64,000 nucleotides of DNA from Candidatus Zixiibacteriota bacterium (lineage in GTDB: Bacteria > Zixibacteria > MSB-5A5 > GN15 > FEB-12). Positions 35,548 through 46,600 of the stretch are shown here, piece after piece. The stretch is from contig JBGSIV010000157.1 in the NCBI GenBank assembly GCA_041742355.1, positions 21,543 to 85,542 on the forward strand. The letters are read 5' to 3'. Position 1 is the stretch's first letter, and each line of letters opens with the position of its first letter. Position numbers and translations under genes: made by a program. The notes below the pieces were generated by a model that worked only from the letters and a program-made list of their open reading frames with translations, made no database searches and was not told where the DNA came from.

Positions 35548-36003
35548 ATGGCGTTTCATGTGAACCAGTTCGCCGATCTGATGAGGCGCGTCCTCGCGAA
35601 TTATGGCCTCGGCGGGGAGGCCGCCGAAAATCTGCTCCTCGGAACCGCGGCTGTCGAAAGCCGCTTTGGAACATGCTTGCGGCAGGTCGGCGGAGGGCTG
35701 GCCCTGGGAGTGTTCCAGATGGAACGGCCGACATTCGAATGGCTGCGGGAGACATACCTGGGGAGCTTCCCCGAGATCGAGAACCGGTGTTTCGATGAAC
35801 TGGAGTGGGATCTGCGGCTGGCGATTCTCTTCGCCCGCCTGCGCTACCATGCCGTGCCGGCCCCGTTGCCGGCGGCGGAGGATACTCAGGGATTGGGAGC
35901 GTACTGGAAGGAGCACTATAACACCCGGAAAGGCAAAGGAACCGTCGCCGGGTTTGTCGCGGCATATCGGGAATTCGTGGAAGGGAAATTACGCCACGTC
36001 TGA
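35548..36003 (+). CDS. hypothetical protein with lysozyme/SLT-like active-site motif
   Basis: ATG after GGAGGGAAGG. LLLGTAAVESRFG...GLALGVFQME resembles the Glu-Ser catalytic block of lytic transglycosylases. No signal peptide. Confidence 0.5.
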   Translation: MAFHVNQFADLMRRVLANYGLGGEAAENLLLGTAAVESRFGTCLRQVGGGLALGVFQMERPTFEWLRETYLGSFPEIENRCFDELEWDLRLAILFARLRYHAVPAPLPAAEDTQGLGAYWKEHYNTRKGKGTVAGFVAAYREFVEGKLRHV

Positions 36004-36046
36004 CGCGACCAATGACGGTGTCGCCGCGAACCGAGGGCAATGAATC

Positions 36047-36076
36047 GCGGGCGGGGCCGTGAGGTGCCCCGCCCGC
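36047..36076. terminator. GC-rich hairpin between convergent genes
   Basis: GCGGGCGGGGC-(8 nt)-GCCCCGCCCGC. No U tract. Confidence 0.35.
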
Positions 36077-36160
36077 ATGTCAGGGGTAGGGTCGCGTTGC
36101 AGCTGCCGGAAGGGAACTGACCCCCCGGCGCTATCAGGGTTGTTGTCGGTCCGGTTGCCG

Positions 36161-37372
36161 CTATCCCTCGGACAGTTCGAGGTTGCTGCGATTGAGCCCG
36201 CAGGAGCCGGGACCGATTTCACCGACGTTAAATCGGTGCAGAATGTGCTGCCACTGGTGAACGAGACGCATCTCACTGCGCGTGAGCGCCGCTCGCTTCG
36301 TGATCGCTCTGCTGCCGATAAACTGATCGGCAGCAACTATGACCTCCGCCACAGCGCTGTCGTCGGCGCCGGCGGCAATGTTGAGCTTGGCTGCCAGCAG
36401 TTCGGAGAACAGGGGCTTCATGGCCGCAAAAAGCCTCGCCCGATGGCAACGCAGGAGGTACTCCTTGGCCTCACAGTTGCTGTTGATCTCGACACTCTGC
36501 GGCCCGCCCGGCGTACCCAGCCAGATCGGCAGCAGCGGCGTTATCGAATCGATCTTCGCGCGCGGAGCGCAGCCGCTGTGGCGAAGCCACCAGCTGGCCG
36601 AACGGGTGCAGCCGTGATCGACCGGTTCCTCAATCACCGTGCTGTCGCCCGGGTCACCGTTGCCGGTGGAGTCGTTCGGGTCGATCACGATCGTGGTGTC
36701 ACTGCCGGGATCGGTCGACGTCGTGTCGCTCGGGGGAGGGGTGTAGAGCGGAAGATCGATGTACACAAGGCCCTGGTACTCGGAACCGACTGCGGCGTAC
36801 CCGGTGAAGAGAACCTCGGCGAACCCGTAGTTGCCGTCGGGGATGCTCTGGTCGATGGAGGCATCATGCATGACCGGAAACTGCTCGCAGGTGTCGCCGT
36901 TCGGCCCGGCATAGCAGACGACCAGGTAGGGCTTCATGAAGACGTTGTCGCGGCTGAAGAACAGCCCGCGCGGTGCCGATGCGGCCTGATCCAGAAGCAG
37001 GCCGTGGTTGACATACTGCCCGCGAATCCAGCCGCGGACAAGCGGCGTGATGTCGGCGGTCCTCCACCCCGGCGCGTTCGCCACCAGCGAGCCTTCCGCG
37101 GCAGCGTCAAACGCCCCGCCGAAATTGGCCCAGGTCACGGCCGAATCCGACCAGGAACTGGTGACCCGGTGCAAGCTGACCGTCTGCATGCTCGGGCTGG
37201 AGCAGTACAGGTACAAAGTAGCGCTCTGGATTGAATCAGGGATAATACCGGCGGCCAAAGCCAGGTAGGTATCGGTGCCGGGAACGGTATTGTTGGATCC
37301 GATCGGGTTCTGTTGCGAACACCCGACCAGGATGCTTAGTACGCTGGCAAGAATGATGGTAGCTTTTCGCAT
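36161..37372 (-). CDS. lipoprotein with DNRLRE-like domain
   Basis: ATG 8 nt after AAGGAGG. Lipobox LSILVGCS. SATLYLYCSS..QTVSLHRVTSSWSDSAVTWANFGGAF...WRTADITPLVRGWIRGQYVNHGLLL matches the DNRLRE-type domain pattern. Confidence 0.7.
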   Translation of the reverse strand: MRKATIILASVLSILVGCSQQNPIGSNNTVPGTDTYLALAAGIIPDSIQSATLYLYCSSPSMQTVSLHRVTSSWSDSAVTWANFGGAFDAAAEGSLVANAPGWRTADITPLVRGWIRGQYVNHGLLLDQAASAPRGLFFSRDNVFMKPYLVVCYAGPNGDTCEQFPVMHDASIDQSIPDGNYGFAEVLFTGYAAVGSEYQGLVYIDLPLYTPPPSDTTSTDPGSDTTIVIDPNDSTGNGDPGDSTVIEEPVDHGCTRSASWWLRHSGCAPRAKIDSITPLLPIWLGTPGGPQSVEINSNCEAKEYLLRCHRARLFAAMKPLFSELLAAKLNIAAGADDSAVAEVIVAADQFIGSRAITKRAALTRSEMRLVHQWQHILHRFNVGEIGPGSCGLNRSNLELSEG

Positions 37373-37736
37373 AACCGCGTCCTCCTTTCAAGGGCGTCGG
37401 AGCAATTGAGATCGATGCCGAGAGATACCTCGCAAACCAGGTGCGGGCCCGGAAAATATTTCCAGTGTCGCGTAAGGCATTGACATGAAGCACGATAGGC
37501 TCGCGAGGCGTGCGAGTGCCTTCCGAAACACCCGATTTCGCTGTTCGGAAGCCGAGCATTTTGATCGACAAATGAACACCTGCAACGGGGAAACTGACCT
37601 CCCTGTAGTCCGGTTTAGGGCGTAGTGGGTATTGAGCGCTCGCTCTGGGCTTCCGACCGGCCCTTGTTTCCAAAGGCATGCATGGGGAAGACTGGGGGGG
37701 CAGCGGTTCGGCCAAAGGGAAACGAAAGGAGTCGAA

Positions 37737-38225
37737 GTGGACAATAATGATGTGCGCGAAAAAATCGCCGATCTGGGAGATCGCGAGGCGGTGAAAATGC
37801 TCAACACGGTTGCCAAACCGTTTGCCGCCGATGGCGTTGTGGAGCACACGCTTCGGGAAGAACAGGTCCAGGCGCTGCGGCGGGATCTGCGGGTCGATCC
37901 GGCTTCGCTGCAACCGACCGACGGCCGGATCGCCCGGTTGGCGTTGCAGGTAATGGCGCAGAATCCGGAATTCGCATCGGAGATTCGTGAGTTCCTGCTG
38001 CGGCCAGATATGCGGATCGTGCAGGTGGAGACACCGGTGCAGGATCTTGACTCGCCGACGCTCTTGTACGCGCTGCGGACATCGGTGAATTTCGAGCGAG
38101 ACGAGCAGGGTCGGACGAGTGCGCGAATAACCGCGCTGGCGCCCGACCGCCATGTACTGCAGGAGTTTGTCGGAGGACTGCTCTCCCGACTTCCACCGGG
38201 ACCACCCAATCCGCCGCGCCGGTGA
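37737..38225 (+). CDS. hypothetical protein
   Basis: GTG 37737 lies 5 nt after AAGGAG, inside listed ORF 37632..38225. Balanced composition, unlike the Arg/Ser-rich overlapping minus ORFs. No recognisable motif. Confidence 0.45.
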   Translation: MDNNDVREKIADLGDREAVKMLNTVAKPFAADGVVEHTLREEQVQALRRDLRVDPASLQPTDGRIARLALQVMAQNPEFASEIREFLLRPDMRIVQVETPVQDLDSPTLLYALRTSVNFERDEQGRTSARITALAPDRHVLQEFVGGLLSRLPPGPPNPPRR

Positions 38226-38329
38226 CGCCGGCGACGGGTTGCAGTCTTCACTTGCACTCCGGGTCGCGGGTCCTATCTTTGTACTCTGGCAGCAGGATTA
38301 AGAGCAGTTTTGAATAGAGGAGACCGCGA

Positions 38330-38869
38330 ATGCTCTCAAAAGACGATGCCGTGCTGGTGGTGATCGATGTCCAGGGGCGGCTCGCGACACTTATGCACGA
38401 TCGGGAGACCTTCTTTACCAACGTCGTGCGCATGATCAAAGGCGCGCGGGCACTCGGCGTGCCAATTCTCTGGACCGAACAGCTGCCCGACAAGCTGGGG
38501 GAAACGCTGCCGCAAATCAAGGAGCAGCTCGACGGCGTGGAACTGCTGGTCAAGAAGACCTTCTCGTGCTGCGGCGACGGCGGTTTTCCTGCACGGCTAA
38601 AGGCAACCGGACGGCGCCAGGTTCTGGTCGTCGGGATGGAAACGCACGTGTGCGTATACCAGACCGCGATGGATCTGCTGCGCGACGGTTACCAGGTGCA
38701 CCTCGTAACCGATGCCGTGTCGTCGCGCATCCCCTCCAATCGCGAACTGGGTATCCAGGTGATCAAGGAGGCCGGCGCGCGCCTCACGAGCGTCGAGATG
38801 GCGCTGTTCGAAATGCTCGTCGTGGCGCAGGGAGACGAGTTCAAACAGGTGATCCAGATAGTCAAGTAG
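38330..38869 (+). CDS. isochorismatase-family cysteine hydrolase
   Basis: AVLVVIDVQ (Asp), ...LVVGMETHVCVYQTAMDL (Cys), ...VHLVTDAVSSR. Confidence 0.85.
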   Translation: MLSKDDAVLVVIDVQGRLATLMHDRETFFTNVVRMIKGARALGVPILWTEQLPDKLGETLPQIKEQLDGVELLVKKTFSCCGDGGFPARLKATGRRQVLVVGMETHVCVYQTAMDLLRDGYQVHLVTDAVSSRIPSNRELGIQVIKEAGARLTSVEMALFEMLVVAQGDEFKQVIQIVK

Positions 38870-38940
38870 TGATTGCTCGGCCGGACTCACCGTGCGGTGA
38901 TTTGCCGACACTAGCGTTCAAAACCATATCGAGGAGTACT

Positions 38941-39708
38941 ATGAAGTGGAACCGCGTTCTGGTCGCCCTGATGGCGGCGGCGTTGCTGATGCCCGCAGTG
39001 GCATCGGCCGATGCGTACCTGAAGACAGTCACTGAAACCGAGGCCATGCAGATGGGCGGACAGACAAGACCGGCCCAAAGCGATACCAGCGAACTCTGGG
39101 TGAGCCCGACTAAGGCAGCGACGATCCTCGGATCGTCCCAGAAAGTCATCCTCGACACCGACGCGGGGAAATTCTACTTTGTGAAGCCGGACCAGAAGGC
39201 GTATGCCGAATTCCCGGCCGACATGCTCGGCACGATGGTCGATAGCATCGCCGGACCGGACAAGGCCAAAGCGGACTCCATCCGTACTATGATGTCGCAG
39301 ATGATGGGTGACGTCACCTACGTGGTGGAGGCAACCGATTCGACTAAGAAGATCGGCGAGTGGAACACGCGCAAGTTCAACGTCATCATGACCATGCCCA
39401 TGGGCGGCAAGATCACGGCCGAAACTTGGGTCACAAAAGATGTCAAAATCGACTGGGGCATGTACCGGGCCATCATGATGCAAACGCTGGCATTCATGCC
39501 AAACGCCGACAAGATCTACCAGGAGGCGCGCAAGCTCGATGGCCTCTCCGTGGAAACCAGGATGACCACCGAGATGATGGGGATGACGATGAAGGCGGTG
39601 TCGCGTCTGCTCGAGTTCAACGCCGACAGCAAACCGCCGGCGGGAGTCTACGAAGTCCCGGCGGATTACACCAAATCGGACAATCCCATGATGTTTATGG
39701 GGCAGTAG
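38941..39708 (+). CDS. secreted Met-rich protein (DUF4412-like, tentative)
   Basis: ATG 38941 after GAGGAG. Signal peptide MKWNRVLVALMAAALLMPAVASA. Many Met residues. The upstream part of listed ORF 38566..39708 overlaps the isochorismatase gene in another frame. Confidence 0.65.
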   Translation: MKWNRVLVALMAAALLMPAVASADAYLKTVTETEAMQMGGQTRPAQSDTSELWVSPTKAATILGSSQKVILDTDAGKFYFVKPDQKAYAEFPADMLGTMVDSIAGPDKAKADSIRTMMSQMMGDVTYVVEATDSTKKIGEWNTRKFNVIMTMPMGGKITAETWVTKDVKIDWGMYRAIMMQTLAFMPNADKIYQEARKLDGLSVETRMTTEMMGMTMKAVSRLLEFNADSKPPAGVYEVPADYTKSDNPMMFMGQ

Positions 39709-39733
39709 CGGTCCCCTGTACAGTGACATTCCT

Positions 39734-39764
39734 GAGGCAGGTCATCCGACCTGCCTCTCTTCTT
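39734..39764 (+). terminator. intrinsic terminator of the Met-rich protein gene
   Basis: GAGGCAGGTC-ATCC-GACCTGCCTC followed by TCTTCTT. Confidence 0.7.
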
Positions 39765-40356
39765 AGGGAAACAGGACTGCGGTAGTCCTCATAAGCGCAT
39801 GCTTAAGGAACGCTGCGAGATCTGGGGTATCACCGAGCGCAACCAGGACATCATCAATCCCCCGCCGAAAGATAAGATCCTCCGCCGGCCGAGTCTTGAT
39901 GCCGCCACGCCCAACGGCTGACACCCGGAACTGCTGCGAATCGCAAGAGCAGAAGGACTCATAGTGGAGTACGTGCTTCCTTTGAATGGCGACGAGTGGG
40001 ATACGCACGAAGCGTCGCACTGGCGCGGATTCTGCGCCCGATTGCGGAAGATCCCCGGCCACCCGGAATGACCCGACGTGATAAGAACCATGCTTCCGCG
40101 GCAAGACCACTTCGTGCTGTGCGGTCGAAAGTATATCCGTTGGGCCATCTTCATTCTAACTTCTGTCTAAGTTGGCACTGAGCGACAGCTCTACTGGTAA
40201 GGCCCGCAGTCGGGTGTAAGTGTCTGTTGTGGATAGCAGTGGTGCTTTGCTGTCATCACTTGTCAGGATGGCGAGATCCAGAAGAGTATCTTCAACCTCA
40301 CGGTTCTTCTCCGGGAACAAAGAGAAGGACTTCGGCGTTTCTGGATTCAGAAGCAC
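39763..40356 (-). pseudogene. about 195-codon frame interrupted by one in-frame TAG (or two small unknown genes)
   Basis: Listed ORFs 40156..40356 and 39763..40110 are in the same frame. They are separated only by TAG 40156-40158 plus 15 sense codons (NEDGPTDILSTAQHE). No SD at either start. Local drop in GC. Confidence 0.3.
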
Positions 40357-40409
40357 GGAAATTGGGTATTTTTTCTTGACAAAGGGTATGAGAATCTGTT
40401 AATCAACAG

Positions 40410-40437
40410 TTGACATTGACGAAAAAAGATATATACT
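40410..40437 (+). promoter_or_regulatory. sigma70-like promoter candidate
   Basis: TTGACA (40410-40415), 16-nt spacer, TATACT (40432-40437). A second TTGACA lies at 40376-40381. Sits in the AT-rich spacer upstream of the giant kinase gene. Confidence 0.45.
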
Positions 40438-40467
40438 GCGGTCGCAAAAGATATAATCTGCGGGCGC
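40424..40467. repeat. two exactly tandem 22-nt units, each carrying a -10-like box
   Basis: AAAAGATATATACTGCGGTCGC (40424-40445) and AAAAGATATAATCTGCGGGCGC (40446-40467). 19 of 22 positions are identical. Confidence 0.8.
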
Positions 40468-40484
40468 AGAAGAAAAGCCCCCTA

Positions 40485-40583
40485 GAAACCCTGCCTGTCC
40501 CCCCTCCCGTGTGCTCAAGCCCAACAGGCAGGGTTTCCTCCATTTAGTAAAGACCCTCCGGTCGACGACCGGAGGGTCTTTAC
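40485..40583 (+). ncRNA. candidate small RNA or structured 5' leader: two strong stem-loops
   Basis: Hairpin 1 is GAAACCCTGCCTGT (40485-40498) paired with ACAGGCAGGGTTTC (40524-40537), with a 25-nt C-rich loop CCCCCCTCCCGTG.... Hairpin 2 is a perfect 18+1+18 palindrome, GTAAAGACCCTCCGGTCG-A-CGACCGGAGGGTCTTTAC (40547-40583). No U tail. Confidence 0.3.
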
Positions 40584-40647
40584 CGTTCAGGCCTATCCGC
40601 CGGTCTGCCGGAATTAGCGTTGGATTTTTCAGACCCCACTATATCTT

Positions 40648-43600
40648 ATGGACATGAGAGCCCTTCAGGCCGTGCTGACGACTGTGCTGCTCGCCACGGC
40701 AGCCGTGGTCGTAACCGCGGGGCCGCCGGCGAGGCAACTCAAGGTCTCCACTACCGATAGTCCGGTATTTCTGCCGTACGAGGTGACTGTTCGAGAGTAT
40801 GCCTCGACGTCTCCGGCAAGTCGTGTCGTTGGCCGGGCGCTCTCAGTTCTGAAACCCTCCCTGTTTCCCGGTGACAGCGCGATCGTAATCTACGCTCACA
40901 ATCCGGTGCCGTCACTCGATAACCCGGCTTCGTTCACCGTTGACAACTTCACCCGCCGCTTGGTGATCGACGACAATCCGATCCGAATGGTGCTCAACGA
41001 TTATCGGATTTTCTTCGGCTCTAGTCTCACGGACGCACGGGTATTCACGACCGGCTTTCGGAATGATTCGGCCTTTGCCGCGACCTTGTCGCCGTTCGGC
41101 GACACCGTCTCATGGCTGTATCTGACCACCGGCGAAGATCACAGCGGGGATGGTAACTGGGAGCCGGAGCTGGCTGTCGTGGCGATAACCGACTTTGACT
41201 ACGACGGCCGGCGAGAGGGATTCGTTCTGGTTAACGCCGGACGCGATTTGACGCCGCGGGAATTGTTCTGTATCGATATTGAAGCACTGGCGATCGAATG
41301 GTCGCTCCCGGTGGCCACCGGGGTCGGCTGGGGTGGCCTGTATCCCTGTGGGGATTCTGCCGATCCGGGCGTCATCTTCGCTTCCTACAATCCAAAGCAG
41401 GGCGTGTCCGACAGCCTGTTCAGCGACAGCTGGGCGTATGTGACGGTCGTCGATCGCGCCGGACAGGTCCGGCTGCACCGGGTCATTGCCAACGACCACG
41501 GGCACATCCACATTTTGCCCACCTCGTCTCCGGATGAGTTTCTCGTGGCCCACGAGGTTCCGTTCGTTGCGCCGCAGGACACCGTTGATTTCCCGCCGAA
41601 CGATTTTCGCGTTTCGGTTCTGAGGATCAATGGCGAGGTGGTCGCTTCGACTCCGTCGCTGCCCAACCCGATACGCTCGATGTGGCGTCCGCTGGCGGCT
41701 GAAGGGAAGGGGGGGCTGTGGGGAATCACGACCGATGGCCGGGTTTGGCGGTTTAACGACCGGCTCGAAGTTCTGGCGAATTCGGAGCCGAGTGGTCTGC
41801 AATGTCATGCGGCCACCATTGCCTTGCCGGGGATGAGCGATTCAGTCTGGGTTTTCAATTCCGAGATCGGAACAGTTGTCGTTTCGTCCGAATTAAAACA
41901 GCTCGCCCTGCTCAGTCCGACCGGCGCTGGAATCACTGATCTGCTGGAATACGACGCCGACCGCCAGGCAGCCTCCTTTGTTAGTGGCGGCGGCATTTCG
42001 ACGTATGTGGTTACTTTGCGTCACCGGGGACTCGCGTCCTACCTGAACGCCTTTCTCAACGAGTACCGGGTGCATCTGCTGGGGGCCGTAATCGGTCTGC
42101 TCGTCCTTTTGGTTGCGCTCAACTATCGGCGGGCGAAGGTGCTCCAGCGGCTGCGAGGCCGCGAGGTGGATTTTCTGGCGTTCTGCAACGCCACCCCCGA
42201 TCTGGCGTTTCGCATAGATCGAAACCTGGTACTGCGCGACTACTGGGCGGGCGATCGCTCCCAGCTGGCGGTCGGTCCGGACCAGTTCATGAATCGACCG
42301 ATGAGCGCCTGGGCCTCGCCCGAATTGATTCGACAGGCGGCTGATTGTGTCGAGCGCACGCTGGCGACGCAGACTCTGCAGACGATCAACTACACACTCG
42401 AAGTCCACGGCGAGTCGCGACACTACGAGATGCGTATGGCGCCGGTCGGCCGCGACGAGATACTGGCGGTGGCACGAAACATCACCGATCAAGTGCGCGC
42501 CGAGCAGGATCTGCGCAATTCGGAGCAGCGGTTCCGCCTGCTCTTCGAGGGGGCTCGCGACGCCGTGGTGATTGCCGAGACCGAGACGGGGATCATTGTC
42601 GATGTCAATCGTCGGGGAGAAGAGCTGTTCGGCTGCCCCAGAAGTGAGCTGATAGGCAAGCACCAGACACAGCTGCATCCCGCGGAATCGCGGGAGAAGT
42701 ACGCCAGTATGTTCCGTGAGTATGTTGACCAGGGGGGAAAGCAGATTCCGCAGGTGGCGGACATCTGGCGGGCGGATGGGCAGCGATGGCCGGTGGAGAT
42801 CAGCGCGGCTCTGGTAGAAATTCAGGGGCAATCGTATATACAGGGGTTGTTTCGGGACATCTCGGAGCGTCTTGAGGCCGAAGATGCCCTGCGCCAGAGC
42901 GAGGAGCGGTTCCGCACACTCGTCGCCAACGTCCCCGCGGCAATCTACCGTGCCCTGCCCAAACCGGGACAGCCGATGGACTTTGTCTCGGATGAAATCG
43001 AATCGATCACCGGCTTTGCCGCCGCTGTCTTTCTGCCCGGCGGCGGTAAGCCATACCGAGACCTGGTCCACCCCGATGATCTTCCGGCCCTCGACGCCGC
43101 CATCGGCCCGGCCATCACCAGCCAGCAGTCCTTCTCCATCGAATACCGCCTGCGCGACCGCCGAGGGGAAATCCACTGGGTCCATGAACGGGGGCAGTGT
43201 GTGGTCGGCCCGGACGGAGAGGTCAGTTTCATCGATGGCGCCGTGTACGATATCACGGAACGCAAGCTGGCCGACCAAGCGCTGCGCGAAAGTGAGGAGA
43301 AGGCGCGAGCGCAGTTCAAGGGCATGCCGGTCCCGACCTACACGTGGCAGCGGACGGAAGACGATTTCGTGCTGGTGGACTACAATGACGCCGCTGTCGT
43401 AGCGACGGAAGGGAAGATCGCGTCAATCGTGGGCAGCCGCTGTTCGGATCTGTACGGAGAGCGGTCGCAGATGCAAGACGACATGCAAACCTGCTGCGAA
43501 AGTCGCACAACCGTCATACGCGAAATGCACTATGCCTTCCAGACAGTTCAGAAAACGGCCTGGATGCTCGTACACTACGTGTTCGTGCCGCCGAATCTCG

Positions 43601-46600
43601 TTCTCGTACACACCGAGGACATCACCGAACGGCACGTATCGCAGGAGCGGCTGAAGACGCGTCTCCGGTACGAGGAGGGCCTGGCCGCCTGCTCGCAGAC
43701 ACTGCTGCAGGCGCCGGCGTCCGATGCTGCGCTCACCCAGACCCTGGTGCGTCTGCTGGAGGCCTCCGACGCTTGCCGCGCCTACCTGTACGAAAACTTC
43801 GAGAACCCTGACCTCGGGCTGTGTGCCCGGCAGACGCATGAAGTGTGCCGGGAGGGGGTACTCTCGCTGCTGCATGATCCCAAGCTCCAACGGGTACCAT
43901 ACTCGCCGAATTTCGAGCGGATGCGTGATCGGCTGGCGGCGGGCAACCCGGCCGGAGGGGTGGTGAACCAGATGGTTGGTGCGGCCCGGGATATGAACGA
44001 GCCGCTGGGTATCCGATCGGTGCTGACCCTGCCGGTATTCGTTGGCGGCCGGTGGTACGGTTTCGTGGGGTTCGACGACACCCGGTCGGCCCGGCTCTGG
44101 AACGAGGAGGACATCCGCCTCCTGCGCACGGCCGCCGCCATGATCGGCTCGTATCTCGACATGGCGCAGGCCAACCGCGACCTCCGGGCGGAGCGTGACT
44201 TCAGCCGCCTGCTGCTGCAAACCGCCAACAGCCTGATCGTTTGCCTGGACGATCAGGCGCGGATCGTCGTTTTCAACGACGAGTTGGAGCGACTCACCGG
44301 ATATGCCCGGGAGGAAGTGCTCGGCAAGGTGTGGTATGAGCTCTTCCTGCCCGAACGCCAGCGCCACGAGGGACTGAATAACTTCGCGAAGTGGATCATG
44401 GCACACCCGTCCGACCGCTACGAAGGGATTCTTGTTACGCGCGCCGGCGAGGAACGAACCGTGCTCTGGTCTAACTCCATCCTGAAAGACCCGCACACCG
44501 GGATGACCACGGCCGTCGCCATCGGCCACGATATCACGGAACGCAAGGAGGCACAGCAGCGCTTCGAACGACTCTTCCGCAGCAGTCCGGCGCTCATGGC
44601 GCTGCAGACGCTGCCGGACCAGAGGTTTGCCGACGTGAATGACGCTTTTGTGCGGACGCTCGGCTACTCCAAGAGTGAGTTGGTCGGGAAGACGCCCGCC
44701 GAACTCGAACTCGTTCTGGACAGAGCCGGCCAACTGGCCGCAGGCGAGCGGCTGGCCAAAGAAGGCCAGATATCGGGCTATGAATTCCAGATCCGACGCA
44801 AGGACGGAGCGCTGCTGGATGGGCTGTTCTCCGGGGAGCTGATCAGTATCGTGGGAAGGCAGTTCGTGCTGACCGTTATGATCGACATCACCGAACGTAA
44901 GGCGGCTGAAGCTGCGGTGGCGGCAAGCGAGGAAAAGTACCGTGCGGTGATGGAGCAGACCGCCGACAATATCTACCTTGCTGAGTTTGATACCGGTCGC
45001 ATCATCGAACCCAACCCGGCGCTGTGTGAACTGCTCGGCTACACCTCGGACGAGATGCGCGACATGACCGTCTTCGATTTCATCGACCACGAGCGCGACG
45101 ACGTGCGGGAGAAAATGGATCTTGTCGCCGCAGGAAGCTTGTCCTTCCTGCGCGAGCGCTACTACCGGACGCGCGATGGTCGTCGTATACCTGTCGAGGT
45201 TGGCATTAACGTGGTCGAGTACGCCGGGCGCAAAGTGCTCTGTATCGTCTCGCGCGACATTTCTGAACGGAAAGCGGCCGAAGAAGCCCTGCGTCAGCAG
45301 GAAGAGCGGTACCGCCTGCTCGTCGAAAACGTACGGGCCTCCATAGCACTGGTCGGCTACGACGGAACGTTTCTCTTCGCCAACGGCAACGCCGCCCGGG
45401 CGGCTGGCTGCAGCCCCCCGGAACTCGTCGGTAAGTCGCAGTGGGATGTGTTCCCGAAAGAACTGGCGGATCGTCAGATGGCCAATGTCCGCCAGGTAAT
45501 CGAGAATGACCGTGAGTTTGTCAGCGAAGCCCCCGTCTTTTTGGCCGGCGAGTGGCGATGGTTCTACAATAACCTGCAGCCCTATCGTGATGTCTCGGGC
45601 CGAACCACGGCGGCGCTGGTCATTGCGTACGACGTCACCTCGGCTCGGCAAGCCCAGCAGGCTCTGCTGCTGAGCGAGGAACGCTTTCATGACACGGCGG
45701 ATCTGCTGCCGCAGACGATTTTCGAGACCGACGCAGAAGGCCGGCTGACCTACGTCAACCGCCACGGTTTCGAAGCGACGGGATACACGCCGGAGGACCT
45801 CGGGGCCGGCGTCTTCGTCGACCAGTTCTTCCCCGAAAACGAGCGGGATGCGATCTGGCGCGAATTACGCGAAGCCCTGAAGGGAGCCCCGTCCATCAGG
45901 GATGAGTACATTCAGATGCGGAAGGACGGTTCCACGTACCCCTCGCTGATTTACACCAGTCCGATCGTCCGGGACGGCGTTGCCGTCGGCCTGCGTGGAG
46001 TTGGGATCGATATCACCGAGCGCAAGAAGGCCGAGGAGGAAGTGCGCCGCGCCAATCAGGCCCGCTATCGCCAATTGCGCGAAATCGCAGGAGGCGTATC
46101 TCACGAAATCTACAACTCGCTGTATCCGGCGGTTGTCTCGCTGGACAAACTGCGATCGCTGCTCGCCGGTGCCGATGTGCGTGATGTCGCACGCACCGAA
46201 CGCCTTCTTGCGATGACCGATACCGCCGTCAAACGAGCCATCACGCTGACCGAGATGGTGAACCAGTATTCAAAGCTGGACATGCAGCGGCAGGTCGAGG
46301 AGGTTTCTCTGGCCGCTATGGTGCACGACGCGGTCGACCAGAATAGCGACCGTATCGAGGCGACAGCTGTGGTGACCTCCGTGAGCGTTCCGGCGGGACT
46401 GACGGTGATGATGTCGAAAGTGCACGTGCACAGCCTGATAAACAATCTGCTGATCAATGCAATCGACGCGGTGGCCGAAATGCCGGATCGACGGATATCC
46501 ATCAGTGCCGTGCCCTGCGGCGCTCAAGTCCGGATCGAAGTCAGCGACACCGGGCCGGGAATTCCCTTCGAAGTGCAGCAGCGGGTATTCGAGCCGTTCT

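Noticed and set aside
36059-37234. 391-aa plus-strand ORF
   Set aside because: It is antisense to the DNRLRE lipoprotein gene, which has an SD, a lipobox and domain motifs.
37236-38257. Two overlapping minus-strand ORFs (305 aa and 289 aa)
   Set aside because: They are mutually exclusive, extremely Arg/Ser/Pro-rich, and have no SD. The plus-strand 162-aa ORF with a good SD is the more plausible gene, though it is still only a hypothetical.
41893-45765. Long minus-strand ORFs (461 aa and 780 aa) inside the giant kinase gene
   Set aside because: They are antisense to a gene with unmistakable PAS/HisKA/HATPase motifs. Their composition is Arg/Gly/Val-rich and motif-free.
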